Below, piece by piece: positions 1 through 8,785 of a stretch of DNA of 64,000 bases. Where the stretch lies: contig JBAZQX010000001.1 of assembly GCA_041644975.1 (NCBI GenBank), positions 39,274 to 103,273 of the forward strand, given 5' to 3'. The position numbers were made by a program, and so were the translations under genes. The stretch comes from Candidatus Doudnabacteria bacterium (GTDB lineage Bacteria > Patescibacteriota > JAQUNI01). Below the pieces are notes generated by a model, which worked only from the letters and a program-made list of their open reading frames with translations, was not told the DNA's origin and ran no database searches. Position 1 is the first letter of the stretch, and every line of letters begins with the position of its first letter.

Positions 1-472
1 AATAGGCAATTAAATCACGCGGTGAGGAATGAAAATATTTTTGCATTGCTGAAACGGTTTTTACCCCAATCTCGCGACTCGTGCCTAGCCAGCCGGCATG
101 AGCGAGAGCAACCACTTTTTGTTTTGGGTCATAAAAAAATATACAGACACAATCCGCGGTTAATATAGAAAGGATTACATCAGGTTTGTCAGTAACGATG
201 GCATCGCAGTTTTGGAGGGCGCTTATAGGCTCTTTAGCTCCACGGCCTTTATCTTTTTTCGTGACTATTTTTACCCTGTCACCGTGGGTCTGAAAGCAAT
301 TAACAAGGTTTTCAATTTTAAACCCTAATTTTCGCGCAAAGGCTTTACGGTTAGATAAAATCTTTTTTCTGTCTTTATCAAGGTAAAAATTTAAAGGTCC
401 GCAGGATTTTGTGGAAGAACCGTGGATTAAATTTAGAAAAGAAGAAAGTTTTTGCGATGTAATGATTTTCAT
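1..472 (-). CDS. pgeF: Peptidoglycan editing factor PgeF / YfiH laccase-domain protein, truncated at the window edge
   Basis: Not in the ORF track. My translation from ATG 472 gives MKIITSQKL...QTHGDRV...CDAIVTDKPDVILSILTADCVCIFFYDPKQKVVALAHAGWLG, carrying the Q-x-H, TADC and HAGW motifs of the family. Confidence 0.9.
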   Translation of the reverse strand, partial: MKIITSQKLSSFLNLIHGSSTKSCGPLNFYLDKDRKKILSNRKAFARKLGFKIENLVNCFQTHGDRVKIVTKKDKGRGAKEPISALQNCDAIVTDKPDVILSILTADCVCIFFYDPKQKVVALAHAGWLGTSREIGVKTVSAMQKYFHSSPRDLIAY

Positions 473-525
473 TAAAGTTTATTCCTGATTTCCAATTCCT
501 AATATCTAATTCATTATTCCTGATT

Positions 526-1599
526 TTATTTCGGCGGCGTGCCCATGCCGATTAATCCCACAATCAGGCCAACCAAACATCCCAAAACCGCGATGATCCA
601 GAAGCGCATCACAACTTGAGGCTCGGACCATCCCTTGGCTTCAAAATGATGATGAATAGGGCTCGAGAGAAAAATTTTTTTCTTGAATGCCTTTTTGGCC
701 GTATATTGCAAAATCACGGACGCGGATTCAATCACTAGCACAATGCCAATCAGAGGAAGAACAAGCGCGGAATTGGTAAGCATCGCGATAATTCCTAAAG
801 TGGTCCCGAGGCTCATCGCGCCCGTATCGCCCATAAAAAAGCGCGCGGGATAGATATTAAACCATAAGAAGGCTAGAAGAGCGCCGGCAATGGTGCCGCA
901 AAAGGCGGCTAACTCAATTCTGCCTTTGGCAAAAGCGATGACACCGAAACTGGCAAAAGCGAAAAGGAGAACACCGCCGGCAAGACCGTCAAGACCGTCG
1001 GTTTCATTAGTGGAAAAAGAAGTCGCTACCATAATTAAAATAAAAAGCGGAATGTACCACCAGCCGATAGGAAAATCGCCAATGCCGGGAATGTGAATGA
1101 CGTCCCAGGCAAGTTTGTAATAAAACCACCAGGCGCCGAATATAGCCACAATCGTGTAAAGGATTAACCGATGCCGCATACGCAGTCCTCCTCCTTTGGG
1201 TCCTATCTTAAAAACATTTAAGAGATCATCCACGGCGCCGACCAAAGCCGTCGCGACTAATGCTCCGAGGGGGAGAAGCGTTTGCGGTCGGGTTAAGAAA
1301 TTCAGATAGTGAAAAAGGGGAATATGGGTTAATTTATCCAAGGCAAAGAACAGAATCGCCAGAAATAAAACCGTGATCCAAATCAGCATTCCTCCCATCG
1401 TAGGCGTGCCTTCTTTTTTTTGGTGAAGTTTTGTATAAAGAGGAGCGCCGTCGGTGCGGATGCTCTTGCCAATTTTGTACTTTTTTAAAACTTTGATCAA
1501 GAAAGGGGTCCATAAAATAGCGATCAAGAAAGAAAGTCCGGATAACACAAAAATCTTGGTGAGTCCCGGAAAATATTGCATACCTTGAGTCGTATCCAT
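526..1599 (-). CDS. mraY: Phospho-N-acetylmuramoyl-pentapeptide transferase
   Basis: KEGTPTMGG, NETDGLDGLA, FMGDTG and PIHHHFE motifs in a multi-TM protein. Confidence 0.96.
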   Translation of the reverse strand: MDTTQGMQYFPGLTKIFVLSGLSFLIAILWTPFLIKVLKKYKIGKSIRTDGAPLYTKLHQKKEGTPTMGGMLIWITVLFLAILFFALDKLTHIPLFHYLNFLTRPQTLLPLGALVATALVGAVDDLLNVFKIGPKGGGLRMRHRLILYTIVAIFGAWWFYYKLAWDVIHIPGIGDFPIGWWYIPLFILIMVATSFSTNETDGLDGLAGGVLLFAFASFGVIAFAKGRIELAAFCGTIAGALLAFLWFNIYPARFFMGDTGAMSLGTTLGIIAMLTNSALVLPLIGIVLVIESASVILQYTAKKAFKKKIFLSSPIHHHFEAKGWSEPQVVMRFWIIAVLGCLVGLIVGLIGMGTPPK

Positions 1600-1693
1600 T
1601 GTTCAACTGTTCTATTGTTCAATTGTCGCATTGTTTTAAAGCCGTGTTCTTTTTCAGAAAAGATTAACAATGAAGCAATGAAGCAATGAAACA
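1598..1693. repeat. Inverted octamer arrays (ATTGTTCA / CAATGAAG)
   Basis: ATTGTTCA ACTGTTCT ATTGTTCA ... CAATGAAG CAATGAAG CAATGAAA; a similar array lies at 14665-14724. Confidence 0.65.
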
Positions 1694-1743
1694 TTTTCTA
1701 TATAAAAAGATTAGGATATAATTCTAAAATTTGGATGGCGCGC

Positions 1744-2649
1744 TTATTTCCATTGGTAAGCCCGGAAAGTCCAATTGATTAATCCCTTGGATTCCTGCCA
1801 TTCATTTTTGCTGTTCATTACAACCGTGATAATTTCATGGCCTCTTTTATCCGAAGCTACCTCAATAAGGCAATATCCGGCATTATCCGTGAATCCTGTT
1901 TTACCGCCAATAATATTGAGATAAGAGCTTTGCAATAATTTGTTGCTGTTTTTAAGGAAACGGTCGCGGATATTTGTTGTAAAACCAATAGTGGGAGTAT
2001 TAATGATTTCACGAAAAACTTTTTTCTCTAGAGCATAACGAGTAATCTCGGCCAGATCGTAAGCCGAGGAGTAATGCCCTTCGGCATCAATACCATGCGT
2101 ATTTTTAAAATGGGAATCCTTTAATCCAAGGATGCGCGCTTTTTGGTTCATTAAATCCACGAATTTTGTTTCACTTCCCGCAATGTATTCCCCCAAAGCT
2201 ACTCCCGCGTCATTAGCAGAAGACATTAGAAGACCGCGAAGCAGATTGTAAACCGAGATTTTTTCTCCAGGAGCAAGGCGCATATGCGCGCCTTGCGGCT
2301 GCACGTATGCCGGGCCTTTTCCTACGGTTACGATATCATCGGGTTGCGGGGAGTTATCCATGACTGTTACGGCGGTCATAATTTTAGTCAAGCTCGCTTG
2401 CGGCAGTTTTTGGTGGATGTTCTTCGCGAAGAGCACCTTGCCCGATTCCTTATCCAAAACAATGGCGGCTGTCGCAGTCATTTTTACTCCCAGCATCTTC
2501 GGATTTTTGATTGGTCCTTTTGATGTTTGCGCCGCCAGTATTTCTTGCTTCACGGGTTCTTTCGCTTGGAGCGGCAGACGCGCGCCTTGCGCCGGCATCA
2601 GATAATTAGAAGCGAGGAGAGTGATAAGACTGGTAAATTGAAGTAACAT
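1744..2649 (-). CDS. D-alanyl-D-alanine carboxypeptidase (peptidase S11, DacA/DacB-like)
   Basis: SxxK (ASLTK), SxN (SAN) and KTG (KTGFT) motifs with an N-terminal signal/anchor. Confidence 0.92.
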   Translation of the reverse strand: MLLQFTSLITLLASNYLMPAQGARLPLQAKEPVKQEILAAQTSKGPIKNPKMLGVKMTATAAIVLDKESGKVLFAKNIHQKLPQASLTKIMTAVTVMDNSPQPDDIVTVGKGPAYVQPQGAHMRLAPGEKISVYNLLRGLLMSSANDAGVALGEYIAGSETKFVDLMNQKARILGLKDSHFKNTHGIDAEGHYSSAYDLAEITRYALEKKVFREIINTPTIGFTTNIRDRFLKNSNKLLQSSYLNIIGGKTGFTDNAGYCLIEVASDKRGHEIITVVMNSKNEWQESKGLINWTFRAYQWK

Positions 2650-2651
2650 TA

Positions 2652-2687
2652 TAATTAGGAATCAGGAATTAGGAATCAGGAATTATG
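2652..2687. repeat. Heptamer tandem repeat (AATYAGG)
   Basis: AATTAGG AATCAGG AATTAGG AATCAGG AATTATG; similar arrays at 481-524, 3632-3728, 9938-9972 and 15963-16030. Confidence 0.75.
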
Positions 2688-2713
2688 AAAATAAGTTTCT
2701 GCTTCCTTATTTA

Positions 2714-3232
2714 TTATTCCTCATTCCCTTTGTTAAATTCATTATATTTTGGTAATTTTATAGCCTCGCTTAAACCCAAATGGCGTAGAAAATCGGCAGT
2801 AATTTGGTATTCAACTTTTTTCCCTTTAATTTTTCTTTCCACCAATCCTCGGCGCAAGAGATTACGCAGGACAAAAATTGAATTGACGCCGCGGATTTCT
2901 TCGATTTGATAACGTGAGACAGGGCCTTTGTAGGCAATAATTGCCAGAGTTTCTAGGGCAAGCGTGGAAAGTTCCCCGCGTAAATCCTTTTGCTGATATT
3001 TTTGGATCCAAACAGCGTAATGGGGATTGCTGACCATCTGAATTTGACCATTGTGTTCCAAGATCATTATTCCTCTCCGGGAGCAATCTTTCTTCATCAC
3101 GGCAAGCGCTTCTTCTATATCCTGCGTTTTAACATTTAAAATTCGCGCCAGTTTTTCAATGCTTTCTTTTTGGGTGGACACAAAAAGCATTGCTTCTAAG
3201 ATCGCCGGCAGGTTATTTTGAAGACTATCCAT
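2714..3232 (-). CDS. scpB: SMC-Scp complex subunit ScpB
   Basis: LEAMLFV...LSTLALETLAIIAYKGPVSRYQIEEIRGVNS...FLRHLGL is the ScpB signature. Confidence 0.95.
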   Translation of the reverse strand: MDSLQNNLPAILEAMLFVSTQKESIEKLARILNVKTQDIEEALAVMKKDCSRRGIMILEHNGQIQMVSNPHYAVWIQKYQQKDLRGELSTLALETLAIIAYKGPVSRYQIEEIRGVNSIFVLRNLLRRGLVERKIKGKKVEYQITADFLRHLGLSEAIKLPKYNEFNKGNEE

Positions 3233-3260
3233 ACTATAGATCTTTTACAAAATAACCTTT

Positions 3261-3307
3261 TCTACCCACGCACCAGTCCGCTAAAGGCGGACGGCGCGGG
3301 GTTTCAC
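3261..3307 (-). repeat. Family A element, 3' part, with an internal GTCCGC/GCGGAC hairpin
   Basis: Reverse complement reads GTGAAACCCCGCGCC GTCCGCCTTTAGCGGAC TGGTGCGTGGGTAG. Confidence 0.5.
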
Positions 3308-3448
3308 TGCAATTGCCAGATTTCGTAGCGAAAAATTATTTCGCAAAAGGTCTTATATTTTTATTGTTGATATTAATTATTCTAGCAGAGAAAGAGAGGA
3401 AGATAAATATTGACAAAATATGAATTATGTTGTTTAAAATGTTAATTT

Positions 3449-3588
3449 ACCTCATTAGAGAAAGTTCATCTCGTTACGAATTCATTTGTAACGGGATGGT
3501 CATCACCACTTAAAGCGAGAGAACCGTTAGCCCCTGTTGGAAATAAATTTTTAAACGGGGTTAGAAAATGAGGTTCTCTAATGGGGTT
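3449..3588. repeat. CCCCGTTAGAAA/TCTAACGGGG-type inverted repeats (nested)
   Basis: CCTCATTAGAGA...TCTCTAATGGGG outer arms with inner CTCGTTAC/GTAACGGG and CCCTGTT/AACGGGG; related copies at 13239-13322. Confidence 0.6.
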
Positions 3589-3733
3589 TATTTGCTTTTT
3601 TAGCTAATTTATGGCACAATGTGGAATCTCGTAGTTAGTAATTAGTAATCAGCAATAGAGGTCAATCCGCCGCGAAGCGGCGAAAGTTACTGAGATTACC
3701 GGTTGCTAGTTACCAATTACCAGTTACTATTTT

Positions 3734-5182
3734 ATGTTCTCCGAACTCAAAAAATTATTCAAGCATTCGGGTATTTATGCGGTTGGTGCGACTGCACAGG
3801 TCGCACTTTCTTTTTTGTTAATTCCTTTTTATACGCGATATTTGAGTCAAGCAGACTATGGACGTTTGGAAATTCTACAAACCCTTTTAAAAGTTTTGTT
3901 GTTTTTAATCCCTTTAGGATTGCCTTCGGCAATTTTAAAGTGTTATCACCGCGATGCCAAAAGCCAGACCGAGCGTAGAATTCTCACGAGCACGGCCTTC
4001 TTTTCCGTTCTTGTGGCGGGGTTGTTGCAGTCTTTGATCTTGCTTTTTTTTGTGCATCCTTTGGGGCAGTTTCTGATTAAAATAAATTTTGGTTTATTGA
4101 TTTATACCGTGCTTGCCACTTCCCTTTTTGCTGCTCTACTGGAATTAGAACTTTCTTTTTTGCGCGCAGAAGAGCGATCTCGCTCCTATACCGTGATTTT
4201 TTTATTACGTTTTATTCTAACTTTGGGAATCACCATATATCTCGTAGTGGGCCTCAAATGGGGTCTTTTTGGCGCTCTTTTGGGTAATTTAGTGGCCCAA
4301 ATTTTCACCTTCCTTACTTTCTTGCCATATCTCAAAAACTATGTTAAAATTAGCTATTCTAAGTTTGCCTTGACAAAATTGTTATCTTTTGGTCTAGCCA
4401 TTTTGCCTGCCTCAATTGCGATGTGGGTTATGGATCTGTCTGATCGTTATTTTTTAAGTCATTTCGGCACTTTGGAGATGGTGGGTGTTTATTCGGTGGG
4501 TTATCGTATTGGTTTTATTTTGGAGTTTGTTTTAGTCATCCCTTTTCAGCTTGCTTGGCCTTCTTTTTCCTTTCGGATTGCCAAACACAAAAATCATCAG
4601 CAGATTTACGCACGCACTTTAACCTATTTTTTCTTCATTGGTATATTTAGCTTTTTAGTTTTATCCTTCTTTGCCCCGGAAATCGTGAAGATTATTGTAC
4701 CAAAGAATTACGCGAGCGCCGCGTTAATTGTTCCCCTTGTCGCTTTGGCTTATGTGTTTTATGGGATGCATTTTGTGGTGGCGCCTGGTATTCATCTAAG
4801 AGGGAAAACAAAATATTATCCCCTGGTGATTGTTTTTCCCGCGGCTTTAAATATTTTTTTAAATTATTTGCTTATTCCTATTTATGGAATGTGGGGCGCT
4901 GCCGAAGCGACCTTGATTGCTTTTATTTTCGTTTTTATCCTGACCTATTTTGTTTCTAACCATTTTTATCCCGTGCGCTACGAATGGAAGAGATTATTGA
5001 AAATTGCGATAACAGGCTTAGCGGTTTTTGGTTTTTCCGTGCTTTATCCTATGTCCCATGCTACGATCGCAGCGATATTGATTAAAATTGGGTTATTAAT
5101 TTTATTTTTAATCTTGCTTTGGGGTGAAAGATTTTTTGAGAAAGAAGAGAGAGAAAAAATAAAAGAATTTCTCAAGCTGTAA
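3734..5182 (+). CDS. Oligosaccharide flippase (Wzx/MOP superfamily)
   Basis: 482 aa with about 13-14 TM; LIPFYTRYLSQADYG, SDRYFL, GVYSVG and YGMWGAA motifs. Confidence 0.88.
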   Translation: MFSELKKLFKHSGIYAVGATAQVALSFLLIPFYTRYLSQADYGRLEILQTLLKVLLFLIPLGLPSAILKCYHRDAKSQTERRILTSTAFFSVLVAGLLQSLILLFFVHPLGQFLIKINFGLLIYTVLATSLFAALLELELSFLRAEERSRSYTVIFLLRFILTLGITIYLVVGLKWGLFGALLGNLVAQIFTFLTFLPYLKNYVKISYSKFALTKLLSFGLAILPASIAMWVMDLSDRYFLSHFGTLEMVGVYSVGYRIGFILEFVLVIPFQLAWPSFSFRIAKHKNHQQIYARTLTYFFFIGIFSFLVLSFFAPEIVKIIVPKNYASAALIVPLVALAYVFYGMHFVVAPGIHLRGKTKYYPLVIVFPAALNIFLNYLLIPIYGMWGAAEATLIAFIFVFILTYFVSNHFYPVRYEWKRLLKIAITGLAVFGFSVLYPMSHATIAAILIKIGLLILFLILLWGERFFEKEEREKIKEFLKL

Positions 5183-5246
5183 TTCGCAACTTAAAAGATA
5201 ATTCACCTTGTGTTTATAAATTATACGTTATAAGTTATAAGAATTT

Positions 5247-6188
5247 ATGACCAAACTCATTGTTATTATTCCGGCTTACAATGAAGAAAGAACCATAGGT
5301 CGTGTGATTACTGAAATCCCGCGGCAGATTCAAGGTATCTCCGAGGTTTTAGTTTTAGTTTCTGATGATGGATCCACTGACCATACCGTAGAGGAAGCAA
5401 GGGCAAGTGGCGCTGATTTTGTGATCTCCCATCCTAACGCGGGTCTTGCTTTTAATTTCAAGATTGCCTTAGAAGAGGCGCTAAAATCAGATGCCGACAT
5501 TATTGTCAATATTGATGCCGATTCTCAGTATAATAGCCAAGAGATTCCGCGTCTCGTTCAGCCAATTCTTCAGAACAGAGCGGAAATTGTGTTGGGAGAT
5601 CGCCAGGTGGCGAAGCTCAAGCATATGCCCTTTGGCAACAAATATGGTAATATATTAGGTAGTTGGTTTATTCGCAGGCTTTTGAATTTAAATATCATTG
5701 ATGCCTCTACCGGCTTTCGGGCTTTCTCACGCGAAGCGGCTTTGCGTTTATCCGTAATGACTCGGCATACCTATACCCACGAAACTTTGATTCAGGCCGC
5801 GGATCAAGGTTTGAAGATGGTGCAGATTCCGATTGAGTTTAGAAGGCGAGCGGGTCATTCTCGTTTAATCTCCAATTTAAGGAGCCATATTGTGAAGACG
5901 GGTTTGACAATTATCCGCACTTTTACAGTCTACAAGCCTTTAAGGGTGATGTTGAGTCTGGGGTTAATTCTTTTCTTAGTTGGTTTTGTTTTTATTGTTC
6001 GGTTTTTTTATTTTTGGATCGTGGCGGAAGGTCAGGGTCATATTCAATCCTTAATTATTGCTTCCGTGTTTATGATGATTGGTTTTCAGACCATTGTCTT
6101 GGGTTTAGTAGCCTCGGCTATTGGTTGGTCGCGTAAAATGATGGAAGAAATTTTGTATCGGATCAAGAAGCAGGAATTTAAATCTTGA
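5247..6188 (+). CDS. GT2 glycosyltransferase, DPM/polyprenyl-phosphate type with 2 C-terminal TM
   Basis: IIPAYNEE, DDGSTD, DAD and DASTGFRAFS motifs; C-terminal hydrophobic helices. Confidence 0.88.
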   Translation: MTKLIVIIPAYNEERTIGRVITEIPRQIQGISEVLVLVSDDGSTDHTVEEARASGADFVISHPNAGLAFNFKIALEEALKSDADIIVNIDADSQYNSQEIPRLVQPILQNRAEIVLGDRQVAKLKHMPFGNKYGNILGSWFIRRLLNLNIIDASTGFRAFSREAALRLSVMTRHTYTHETLIQAADQGLKMVQIPIEFRRRAGHSRLISNLRSHIVKTGLTIIRTFTVYKPLRVMLSLGLILFLVGFVFIVRFFYFWIVAEGQGHIQSLIIASVFMMIGFQTIVLGLVASAIGWSRKMMEEILYRIKKQEFKS

Positions 6189-6198
6189 TGTTATATTT

Positions 6199-6633
6199 AT
6201 GTTGCGCATACCAGCAATTATATTTTTGTTAATTATTATTATTGCTCTCGGCGCGTACGCCGCTTGGCAAGGTCCGCGCGGGGAGATTACTTCTTGGGAA
6301 GCCGTGGCCGCTCCCGAAAAGTATGAGGGTCGCGAGATTAAGGCTGGCTACAATCGCATTATCGGAGGGGGAGGCAGCTACTGGACTGTTGGCCCCTTCG
6401 GTCATTATGTTGTTTTAAAAATTGATCCTCGCCTTTCATTGGAGCCGGGGAATTTTATTAGCTACCAAGGTCAAGTCCGAAAAGATGGCTATATTGAAAC
6501 AAACGAAATTTATATTCACAAAGAGCGAGGTTTTAAATATTTAGTCTCGCTGATCCCTTTATTTGTGATTCTATTCTGGTTTGGGAGAGAATATAGGTTT
6601 AATCAGCGCAAGTTTTATTTTGAAGAAAAGTGA
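6199..6633 (+). CDS. Hypothetical membrane protein (N- and C-terminal TM, possible OB-like beta domain)
   Basis: 144 aa ORF in operon position with a TM at each end; its stop codon lies in the repeat starting at 6630. Confidence 0.65.
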   Translation: MLRIPAIIFLLIIIIALGAYAAWQGPRGEITSWEAVAAPEKYEGREIKAGYNRIIGGGGSYWTVGPFGHYVVLKIDPRLSLEPGNFISYQGQVRKDGYIETNEIYIHKERGFKYLVSLIPLFVILFWFGREYRFNQRKFYFEEK

Positions 6634-6775
6634 AGCTCCACGGGTTCACGCTCGTAGTATTTTTTATAATGGGATTTTGTGGAGCGAAACCCCGCACCAG
6701 AAAGCCACCATTCATCCACTAATTTATGAAATACTCTCACTGTGGCACCCGTGGCTTTCTGGTGCGCCGGGTAAG
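6630..6775 (+). repeat. Structured dispersed element, family A (longest copy)
   Basis: GTGAAGCTCCAC...TTCAC hairpin, GCGAAACCCC, perfect 15-bp stem GCACCAGAAAGCCAC/GTGGCTTTCTGGTGC, ends GGGTAA. Confidence 0.7.
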
Positions 6776-6788
6776 TTTTAAAACTACT

Positions 6789-7259
6789 ATGCCTGATCTA
6801 ATTTCACATTGTTTGGTCAGCAGGATATTATTTTTTGGTAAGTTCAAAAAATATTTACTACTCTTTTTAATTGGCGCCATTCTTCCTGATGTTTTGACGC
6901 GGGCTCCCCTCTTTTTTTTCAGCGGGTGTTATCGTTGCGCTTGGTGGATTGGCGTTTTCCATTCCCCTCTTCCTCTTTTTTTTGTTGTTTTACTTTTTAG
7001 TTTATTTTTCAAAAGAGTGAAAGAGGCTTTTGGAGCTTTGTTTCTAGGCGTTCTCTTGCATTTATTTTTTGATTCTTTCCAGAGACATTTGGGCGGCGGC
7101 TATTACTGGCTGTTTCCTTTTTCTTTTCAGACCGCGGAATGGGGTCTCATCTGGCCGGAAACAAGTTTAAATTTTATTCCTCCACTGTTATTGCTTACTA
7201 TTTTAGTTTATGGCTTTGAATTATATTTTAAAGGGAGAAAGATAAGGCGGGAAAATTAA
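6789..7259 (+). CDS. Membrane-bound metal-dependent hydrolase (YdjM/DUF457-like)
   Basis: MPDLISH, GAILPD, FHS, HLFFD and WLFPFS motifs. Start moved to ATG 6789 because the upstream extension is repeat-derived. Confidence 0.75.
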   Translation: MPDLISHCLVSRILFFGKFKKYLLLFLIGAILPDVLTRAPLFFFSGCYRCAWWIGVFHSPLPLFFVVLLFSLFFKRVKEAFGALFLGVLLHLFFDSFQRHLGGGYYWLFPFSFQTAEWGLIWPETSLNFIPPLLLLTILVYGFELYFKGRKIRREN

Positions 7260-7283
7260 TTTACAATTTACAATCAAGTTCCA

Positions 7284-7784
7284 ATGGAGAGCGAGAAAAT
7301 TAAGTCTCAAGCCGAACTTTTGAAGATAATAAATATATTAAGGAAAGAGGGCAAAAGAATTGTTTTCGCGCGCGGCTGTTTTGATTTATTCCACCCGGGC
7401 CATCTTTATTATTTAAAAGAAGCCAAGGCTTTAGGAGATATCCTGGTGGTTTGGGTCAATACTGATCAATCCGTGCGAGAATTAAAAGGGAAAAAGCGGC
7501 CGTTATTTTCCGAACAAGAACGAATGGATTTTTTGGCAAATTTAGAGGTGGTTGATTTCGTTTCCTCCTTTGGTCATCGGGAAGGACTAGATATTATTCA
7601 AAGATTTAAGCCTGAAATAGTGGCATTAAATAGAGTATCGCCAGAATATCAAAGAGCGGTTCAAGCTTGTAAGGGAAAGATTGCGATTATTCTCCTCTTT
7701 AAAAAATATTCTACAACTAAGATTATTAATCAAATCTCAAAAACACTATGGTTAAAAAACCAAAGAAGTCAGCCCCAAAAATGA
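7284..7784 (+). CDS. Stand-alone cytidylyl/adenylyltransferase (RfaE/HldE domain II or TagD-like)
   Basis: GCFDLFHPGH (HxGH), VNTDQSVRELKG.KRP and YSTTKII motifs. Confidence 0.85.
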   Translation: MESEKIKSQAELLKIINILRKEGKRIVFARGCFDLFHPGHLYYLKEAKALGDILVVWVNTDQSVRELKGKKRPLFSEQERMDFLANLEVVDFVSSFGHREGLDIIQRFKPEIVALNRVSPEYQRAVQACKGKIAIILLFKKYSTTKIINQISKTLWLKNQRSQPQK

Positions 7785-8743
7785 AAAAGAGCATTCTGAT
7801 TACCGGCAGCGAGGGTTTTGTCGGCTCGCATCTGGTGGACTGGATACTGAAAAATAAAAATGATTATGAGGTTCACGGTATCCGTCATTGGTATCCGCGC
7901 CACACACCCATTTTGCATTTGAATCCTCATGCCATCTATCATAGTTGCGATATTCGGAATATTGAAGAGTTATTTAAAATTTTAAAAAGGGTGAGGCCGG
8001 TTAAAGTTTTCCATTTAGCAGCCCAAAGTTTTGTCCCTCTCTCTTGGGTTTCTCCCGCTGAAACCTTGGAGACCAATATCGTTGGGGAAGCAAATTTATT
8101 TGAGGCAGTGCGTCGGGCGGGCATTGATCCTGTAATCCAGATTGCGGGATCCAGCGAGGAATATGGCTTAGTCAAGAAAAATGAGGTGCCGGTTTCGGAA
8201 ACAAACCCTCTGCGTCCCCTTTCTCCCTACGCCGTGAGCAAGATTGGTCAAGATTTTTTGGGTTATCAATATTTCAAATCCTACGGTCTGAAAATTATCC
8301 GCACCCGCGCCTTTAATCACACGGGTCCGCGCCGTGGCGAGGTCTTTGCGACCAGCGATTTTTCCAAACAAATTGCCGAGATTGAAAAAGGGAAAAAAGA
8401 AGCCGTGCTTCATGTTGGTAATCTAGATGCGGTGCGCGACTTTACGGATGTCAGAGATGTGGTCAACGCCTACTGGTTAGCCACTGAAAAATGCAAACCT
8501 GGCGAGGTATATAACATAGGCTCGGGCAAGGGTTGCAAGATTGGCGATATGTTAAACATCCTGCTTGGGATGAGCCGGAAGAAGATTAGAGTGGAACAGG
8601 AACCGGAAAGGATGCGGCCTTCGGATGTCCCGGTTTTAATCTGCGACGCCCGAAAATTCCGCCAAGCCACGGGTTGGCGCCCCACTATTCCTTTTGAAAA
8701 AACCTTAAGGGATCTATTGAATTATTGGCGAGAACGGGTTTAA
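7781..8743 (+). CDS. GDP-sugar SDR: GDP-4-keto-6-deoxymannose reductase (Rmd)-like or GDP-mannose 4,6-dehydratase family
   Basis: GSEGFVG, HLAAQSFV, GSSEEYG, YAVSK, FNHTGPRR and GNLDAVRDF; likely start ATG 7781. Confidence 0.85.
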   Translation: MKKSILITGSEGFVGSHLVDWILKNKNDYEVHGIRHWYPRHTPILHLNPHAIYHSCDIRNIEELFKILKRVRPVKVFHLAAQSFVPLSWVSPAETLETNIVGEANLFEAVRRAGIDPVIQIAGSSEEYGLVKKNEVPVSETNPLRPLSPYAVSKIGQDFLGYQYFKSYGLKIIRTRAFNHTGPRRGEVFATSDFSKQIAEIEKGKKEAVLHVGNLDAVRDFTDVRDVVNAYWLATEKCKPGEVYNIGSGKGCKIGDMLNILLGMSRKKIRVEQEPERMRPSDVPVLICDARKFRQATGWRPTIPFEKTLRDLLNYWRERV

Positions 8744-8785
8744 TCTATCGTTTGATTGCTTAATTGTTCAATTATTAAATTACCT

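Noticed and set aside
2714-3232. scpB without an adjacent scpA
   Set aside because: Separation of scpA and scpB is not rare, and scpA may lie elsewhere in the genome.
3410-3440. Sigma70 promoter TTGACA...TAAAAT for the plus-strand operon
   Set aside because: The spacer is 19 nt in very AT-rich DNA, too weak to call.
6581-6788. 66-aa ORF and the N-terminal extension of the hydrolase
   Set aside because: Both are read through the family A element; MPD..SH is the family start.
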